A stretch of DNA of 64,000 nt. It comes from an uncultured Alphaproteobacteria bacterium. Lineage in GTDB: Bacteria; Pseudomonadota; Alphaproteobacteria; HIMB59; GCA-002718135. The translations under genes and the position numbers were made by a program. Positions 60,005-64,000 of this stretch are shown here, piece after piece (the first letter of the stretch is position 1; each line of letters starts with the position of its first letter). The notes beneath the pieces are model-generated. The model made no database searches. It was not told the DNA's origin and saw nothing but the letters and a program-made list of their open reading frames with translations. Where the stretch lies: the NCBI GenBank assembly GCA_902607435.1, contig CACLJX010000001.1, positions 151,289 to 215,288 of the forward strand, given 5' to 3'.

Positions 60005-62750
60005 TCCTATAGTAAACTTTTCAATTAATAACAAACAAGTAAAAGCAAATACTGACGAAACTATATGGCAAGTAGCAAAAAGATTAGGCATTGAAATTCC
60101 TCATCTTTGTTATTTGCCTGAACCAGGTTACAGGGCTGATGGCAATTGCAGAGCTTGTATGGTTGAAATTGAAGGTGAAAGAGTTCTTGCAGCTTCTTGT
60201 ATACGCAAACCTACGCAAGATATGAAAGTTTTCACTACAAGTGAGCGCGCTAAAAAATCTAGAAATCTTGTTTTTGAATTATTATTAGCTGATCAACCTG
60301 AGCGTAAAACTTCCCACAATAAAGATTCACACTTTTGGAAGTGGTTAGATAAACTTGAAGTTAATGATTCTAGATTTTCACCTAAGGAAATTTGTGTCGC
60401 TGATGTTTCTCACCCTTCCATTTCTGTTAATCTTGATTCTTGTATCCAATGCAACTTATGCGTTCGAGCATGTCGAGAAGTACAGGTAAATGATGTGATT
60501 GGTATGGCATATAGAGGAGAAAAATCAAAAATTATTTTTGATTTTGATGATCCAATGGGAGATAGCACTTGTGTTGCATGTGGTGAATGTGTCCAAGCGT
60601 GTCCTACCGGTGCTTTGATGCCTTCATCAATAGTAGATAATAAAGGATACGGACATACAGATATTGATAAAAAAGTAGAAAGTGTTTGTCCGTACTGCGG
60701 TGTTGGATGTCAGATAGAATATAATATAAAAGATAATCAAATAGCATATGTCGATGGAATTGATGGTCCAGCTAATAAAAATAGACTTTGTGTAAAAGGT
60801 CGTTTTGGTTTTGATTATGTAAGTCATGCCGAAAGGTTAACAAAACCCTTAATTAGAATTAAAGGTAAGAAAAAAGAATTACATCCTTCAATAGATTTTT
60901 CCAACTTACATGATTATTTTAAAGAAGTTACTTGGAAGGAAGCTTTAGAATTTGCTTCGAGTGGCCTTTTAAAACTAAAAAATTCAGATGGTCCAAGCGC
61001 TTTTGCAGGTTTTGGATCAGCAAAATGTTCAAACGAAGAAGCATATTTATTTCAAAAGTTAATTAGGACAGGCTTAAATACTAACAATGTAGATCATTGT
61101 ACACGGTTATGTCATGCATCTTCTGTAGCAGCATTACTTGAGACGATTGGGTCAGGAGCTGTAACAGCTCCTTTTTATGAGGTTGAACACTCTGAAGTAA
61201 TTATTGTAATTGGCGCTAATCCAACTGAGAATCATCCAGTTGCAGCAACTTTTTTCAAAAATGCAGCTAAAAAAGGATCTAAGTTAATTGTAATGGACCC
61301 TAGAGGCCAAGCATTAAGAAATTATGCTACACATATGGTGCAATTCAAGCCAGGTACAGATGTAGCATTGTTGAATTCAATTATGCATGTAATTTTAGAG
61401 GAAAATCTTTTTGATGAAGAATACATCAAAAAACATACATTAGGATTTGAACAACTTAAAGAACACTTAAAAATTTTTACTCCAGATAAAATGGCAAAAA
61501 CCACTGGAATTGAAGCATCTGAAATTCGAAAGGTTGCGAGACTATTTGCTAATACTAAAAAAGGAATTATTTTTTGGGGAATGGGAATCTCTCAGCATAT
61601 TCATGGTACCGATAATGCTAGATGTCTGATCTCTCTCGCCTTGATGACAGGTAATGTTGGAAGAAAAGGAACTGGGTTACATCCTTTAAGAGGTCAGAAC
61701 AATGTACAAGGTGCTTCTGATGCTGGTTTAATTCCAATGATGTATCCAGATTATCAATTGGTAAACAATGACAAGACAAGAAAATTTTTTGAACATTTTT
61801 GGAAAACTGATTTGGATCCAAATAGTGGTTTAACAGTTGTTGAAATTATGAATGCAATTCATAAAGGTCAAATAAAAGGGATGTATATTTTAGGTGAAAA
61901 TCCAGCAATGTCAGATCCAGATTTAAATCATGCAAGAGAATCATTGCAAAAGTTAGAACATTTGATTGTACAAGATATTTTTCTCACTGAAACAGCAACC
62001 TATGCTGATGTAATATTGCCAGCTTCAGCATGGCCAGAAAAAAATGGAACAGTGACCAATACAAACAGACAGGTTCAAATGGGAAGAAAAGCTATTCAAA
62101 CTCCTGGAGAAGCAAAAGAAGACTGGTGGATTACAAATGAAATTGGAAAAAAACTAGGACTTGATTGGAATTATAATAGTCCAAAAGATATATTTGAAGA
62201 AATGGCAAAAACCATGCCTTCACTAAATAATATTACTTGGGAAAGACTTGAGAAAGAAAACTCTGTAACTTATCCATGTAAGTCACCAACAGCTAAAGGA
62301 GAAGAAGTTGTTTTTGGAGACAAGTTTCCAATACATGGGGGTAAGGGCAAATTTGTTCCTGCGAATGTAATATCACCAGATGAAATACCTGATAAAGAAT
62401 TTCCAATGATATTAACAACTGGTAGGCAACTTGAACACTGGCATACTGGTGCTATGACACGAAAAGCTTCAAATCTTGATGCAATCGAACCTGAAGCTAC
62501 TATTTCTTTATCTCCTAAAGATATAAAAAGTATAAAAATTAATTCCGGTGAATTAATCAAGGTTTCAACTCGAAGAGGATCAATTAAAACCAGAGTTAGA
62601 GAAGATAGATCAATACCAGAAGGGGTAATTTTTATGCCTTTTTGTTACAAAGAAGCTGCAGCAAATTTGTTAACTAACTCAGCCTTGGATCCAATTGGAA
62701 AAATTCCAGAATTTAAATATTGTGCAGCAAAAATAGACATTGTAAAATAA
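59997..62750 (+). CDS. fdsA: NAD-dependent formate dehydrogenase alpha (molybdopterin) subunit
   Basis: 917 aa. NuoG-like N-terminal Fe-S domains (CRACMVEIEG, CIQCNLCVRAC, CVACGECVQACP, CPYCGVGC) and a molybdopterin oxidoreductase body with active-site Cys (RLCHASSV). No in-frame TGA. Confidence 0.93.
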   Translation: MTNPIVNFSINNKQVKANTDETIWQVAKRLGIEIPHLCYLPEPGYRADGNCRACMVEIEGERVLAASCIRKPTQDMKVFTTSERAKKSRNLVFELLLADQPERKTSHNKDSHFWKWLDKLEVNDSRFSPKEICVADVSHPSISVNLDSCIQCNLCVRACREVQVNDVIGMAYRGEKSKIIFDFDDPMGDSTCVACGECVQACPTGALMPSSIVDNKGYGHTDIDKKVESVCPYCGVGCQIEYNIKDNQIAYVDGIDGPANKNRLCVKGRFGFDYVSHAERLTKPLIRIKGKKKELHPSIDFSNLHDYFKEVTWKEALEFASSGLLKLKNSDGPSAFAGFGSAKCSNEEAYLFQKLIRTGLNTNNVDHCTRLCHASSVAALLETIGSGAVTAPFYEVEHSEVIIVIGANPTENHPVAATFFKNAAKKGSKLIVMDPRGQALRNYATHMVQFKPGTDVALLNSIMHVILEENLFDEEYIKKHTLGFEQLKEHLKIFTPDKMAKTTGIEASEIRKVARLFANTKKGIIFWGMGISQHIHGTDNARCLISLALMTGNVGRKGTGLHPLRGQNNVQGASDAGLIPMMYPDYQLVNNDKTRKFFEHFWKTDLDPNSGLTVVEIMNAIHKGQIKGMYILGENPAMSDPDLNHARESLQKLEHLIVQDIFLTETATYADVILPASAWPEKNGTVTNTNRQVQMGRKAIQTPGEAKEDWWITNEIGKKLGLDWNYNSPKDIFEEMAKTMPSLNNITWERLEKENSVTYPCKSPTAKGEEVVFGDKFPIHGGKGKFVPANVISPDEIPDKEFPMILTTGRQLEHWHTGAMTRKASNLDAIEPEATISLSPKDIKSIKINSGELIKVSTRRGSIKTRVREDRSIPEGVIFMPFCYKEAAANLLTNSALDPIGKIPEFKYCAAKIDIVK

Positions 62751-62754
62751 CCAA

Positions 62755-62874
62755 ATGTTTAAGAAAATATTTTTATTAATTATTTTAATAATGCCTATAT
62801 CTAATTGTTCATCATTAAGTGAAATGAATGAAAAGATAAAAGGTGATGGCGTCCCTTATATTCCGGGGGTTTAG
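62755..62874 (+). CDS. Candidate 39-aa lipoprotein micro-ORF
   Basis: Too short for the ORF track. Read by hand: MFKKIFLLIILIMPISNCSSLSEMNEKIKGDGVPYIPGV*. Basic N-terminus, a hydrophobic core and a lipobox-like ISN-C. Begins 4 nt after the fdsA stop and is followed by a T8 run. Confidence 0.35.
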   Translation: MFKKIFLLIILIMPISNCSSLSEMNEKIKGDGVPYIPGV

Positions 62875-62933
62875 TTTTTTTTAATATTGAGCTTGTTGGT
62901 TAGTTAAAAAAATTGTAAATCAAAAAAAGATAT

Positions 62934-63009
<76 letters not shown>

Positions 63010-63029
63010 TATCATAACTATAACCTTAT

Positions 63030-63797
63030 CTAATTATTTAATATAAAATGTTCATAAAGTGCAACTGTACATGCATTTGATACATTTAAGCTTTCAATTC
63101 CAAATTTGGAATTTGATACAATTGGAATAGTTTGAATTTCATCACAGTTTTTTTTTGTTAAATCACGTAGACCTACTCCTTCAGATCCAAGTATTAATAA
63201 ACATTTTTTTGGAATCTTAAATTTGCTGTGAAATTTATTTTCGTTATTATCTAAACCAATAGCCCAAAATTTGTTTTTCTTTAATGTTTCAATTGTTCTT
63301 GAAATATTTGTTACTTGTACATAGTTAACAATTTCTAAAGCACCGGAAGCAGCTTTAGCTATCGCAGGAGTAATATTTGGAGAATTGTCTTTTGTTAGTA
63401 TTATAGATCTGCAATTAAATAATGCACAAGATCGCATTATTGAGCCAATATTGTTTGGGTCACATACATGATCAAGCATTACAATAATTTCTTTTTTTTT
63501 ATTTGAATTTTTTATAATTTCTTCAAGACTTGGTTGTACAATTTTAGACGTCTCAAGAATAATACCTTGATGAGTATTGTCATTTCCATGTAATTTGTTG
63601 ATTTCCTTAATCGGGAGTTCAATAATATTATTTAATTTGTACAACAATTTATTGTCCAAATGGTCTTTATTACTCTTTGTAATAGTTAATTTTTGATGTT
63701 TTCTATTATTATTATTTAAAGCAGCTTGAACAGCATGAAATCCATATATTTTGGTAAATTCACTGTTTTTTCTCTTATTTTTATATTTCTTACTCAT
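63030..63797 (-). CDS. rlmB: SpoU/TrmH-family 23S rRNA 2'-O-methyltransferase (RlmB-like)
   Basis: 255 aa. N-terminal substrate-binding block (IYGFHAVQAALNN) and SpoU motifs (DPNNIGSIMRS, LILGSEGVGL, ESLNVSNA). Confidence 0.85.
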   Translation of the reverse strand: MSKKYKNKRKNSEFTKIYGFHAVQAALNNNNRKHQKLTITKSNKDHLDNKLLYKLNNIIELPIKEINKLHGNDNTHQGIILETSKIVQPSLEEIIKNSNKKKEIIVMLDHVCDPNNIGSIMRSCALFNCRSIILTKDNSPNITPAIAKAASGALEIVNYVQVTNISRTIETLKKNKFWAIGLDNNENKFHSKFKIPKKCLLILGSEGVGLRDLTKKNCDEIQTIPIVSNSKFGIESLNVSNACTVALYEHFILNN

Positions 63798-63926
63798 TTT
63801 ATATACTTACACTCTAATTTATACCTAATAAAGCTAATCTAAAACTATACAAATTAATAAAATTTGTTTAAAAGACATCGTTTTTACGAGCTTACAAATA
63901 TTTGTGCAGGTGGTATCTGTTTTACA

Positions 63927-63953
63927 TTGACAATCATACTAATAACTTAGTAT
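63927..63953 (+). promoter_or_regulatory. Candidate sigma-70 promoter for the downstream tRNA gene
   Basis: Perfect -35 TTGACA (63927-63932), a -10-like TAGTAT (63948-63953; short 15-nt spacer, or AGTATG/GTATGT with 16/17 nt), then a GC-rich discriminator-like gtcccc. The tRNA starts at 63975. Confidence 0.35.
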
Positions 63954-63974
63954 GTCCCCTTTTCTTTGAAATTT

Positions 63975-64000
63975 GGAGGGGTGGTCGAGTGGTTAAAGGC
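63975..64000 (+). tRNA. 5' fragment of a type II (long-variable-arm) tRNA, probably tRNA-Tyr; cut by the window edge
   Basis: GGAGGGG-TG-GTCG-AGTGGTTAAA-GGC parallels the 5' part of bacterial tRNA-Tyr (GGTGGGG-TT-CCCG-AGCGGCCAAA-GGGA). An rlmB / tRNA-Tyr neighbourhood is common in alphaproteobacteria. The anticodon is not in the window. Confidence 0.5.

Noticed and set aside
61110-61112. Possible selenocysteine (in-frame TGA) at the formate dehydrogenase active site.
   Set aside because: The codon is TGT (Cys) within RLCHASSV, and the 917-codon frame has no internal TGA. This is a Cys-type enzyme, and no SECIS element is needed.

Overview
AT-rich and extremely gene-dense chromosome segment. 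It holds about 70 CDS, one complete tRNA and the 5' end of a second. Only about 12 intergenic gaps exceed 70 nt, and many genes overlap by 1-8 nt. Gene content and genome style match what I remember of streamlined marine alphaproteobacteria (SAR11/Pelagibacterales); that assignment is an inference and was not verified. I saw no CRISPR array, transposase, integrase, prophage or rRNA.

Contents in order:
(1) A methyl-group/C1 oxidation block: 5'-truncated dimethylglycine/sarcosine dehydrogenase-family gene, etfB, etfA, ETF-ubiquinone oxidoreductase and glpX; then on the minus strand soxBDAG, fhs and a MetF-family gene.
(2) Housekeeping genes: rpmG, rpmE, efp, an IMPase-family gene, class I aldolase, gap and tkt.
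(3) zapA, 5-formyl-THF cyclo-ligase, a YmdB-like gene, yebC, then tolQ-tolR-tolA-tolB-pal-cpoB, tilS, ftsH, glmM, hisZ and purA.
(4) rpoH, rluD, xseB, dxs, tlyA, aroC, fabI, pdxH and pyrE.
(5) An aprM-aprB-aprA (APS reductase) module that is visibly more GC-rich than its surroundings, next to a TauE/SafE exporter.
(6) A molybdenum-cofactor and NAD-formate dehydrogenase cluster: mobA, fdhD, a lone TupB-like permease, mobB, moeA, a TusA-like gene, a fused FdsG-FdsB gene and fdsA.
(7) tRNA-Thr(UGU), an rlmB-like gene and the partial type II tRNA.

Most interesting observations:
- A 100-aa Hjc-like PD-(D/E)XK nuclease candidate sits where ruvCAB normally lies between yebC and tolQ.
- The apr compositional island has uncharacterised small neighbours.
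- An unknown 140-aa ORF is embedded in the gap-fba operon where pgk is expected.
- A bactofilin gene is paired convergently with a gene for a membrane-anchored coiled-coil protein.

All functional calls come from reading the translations by eye. No database search was run.
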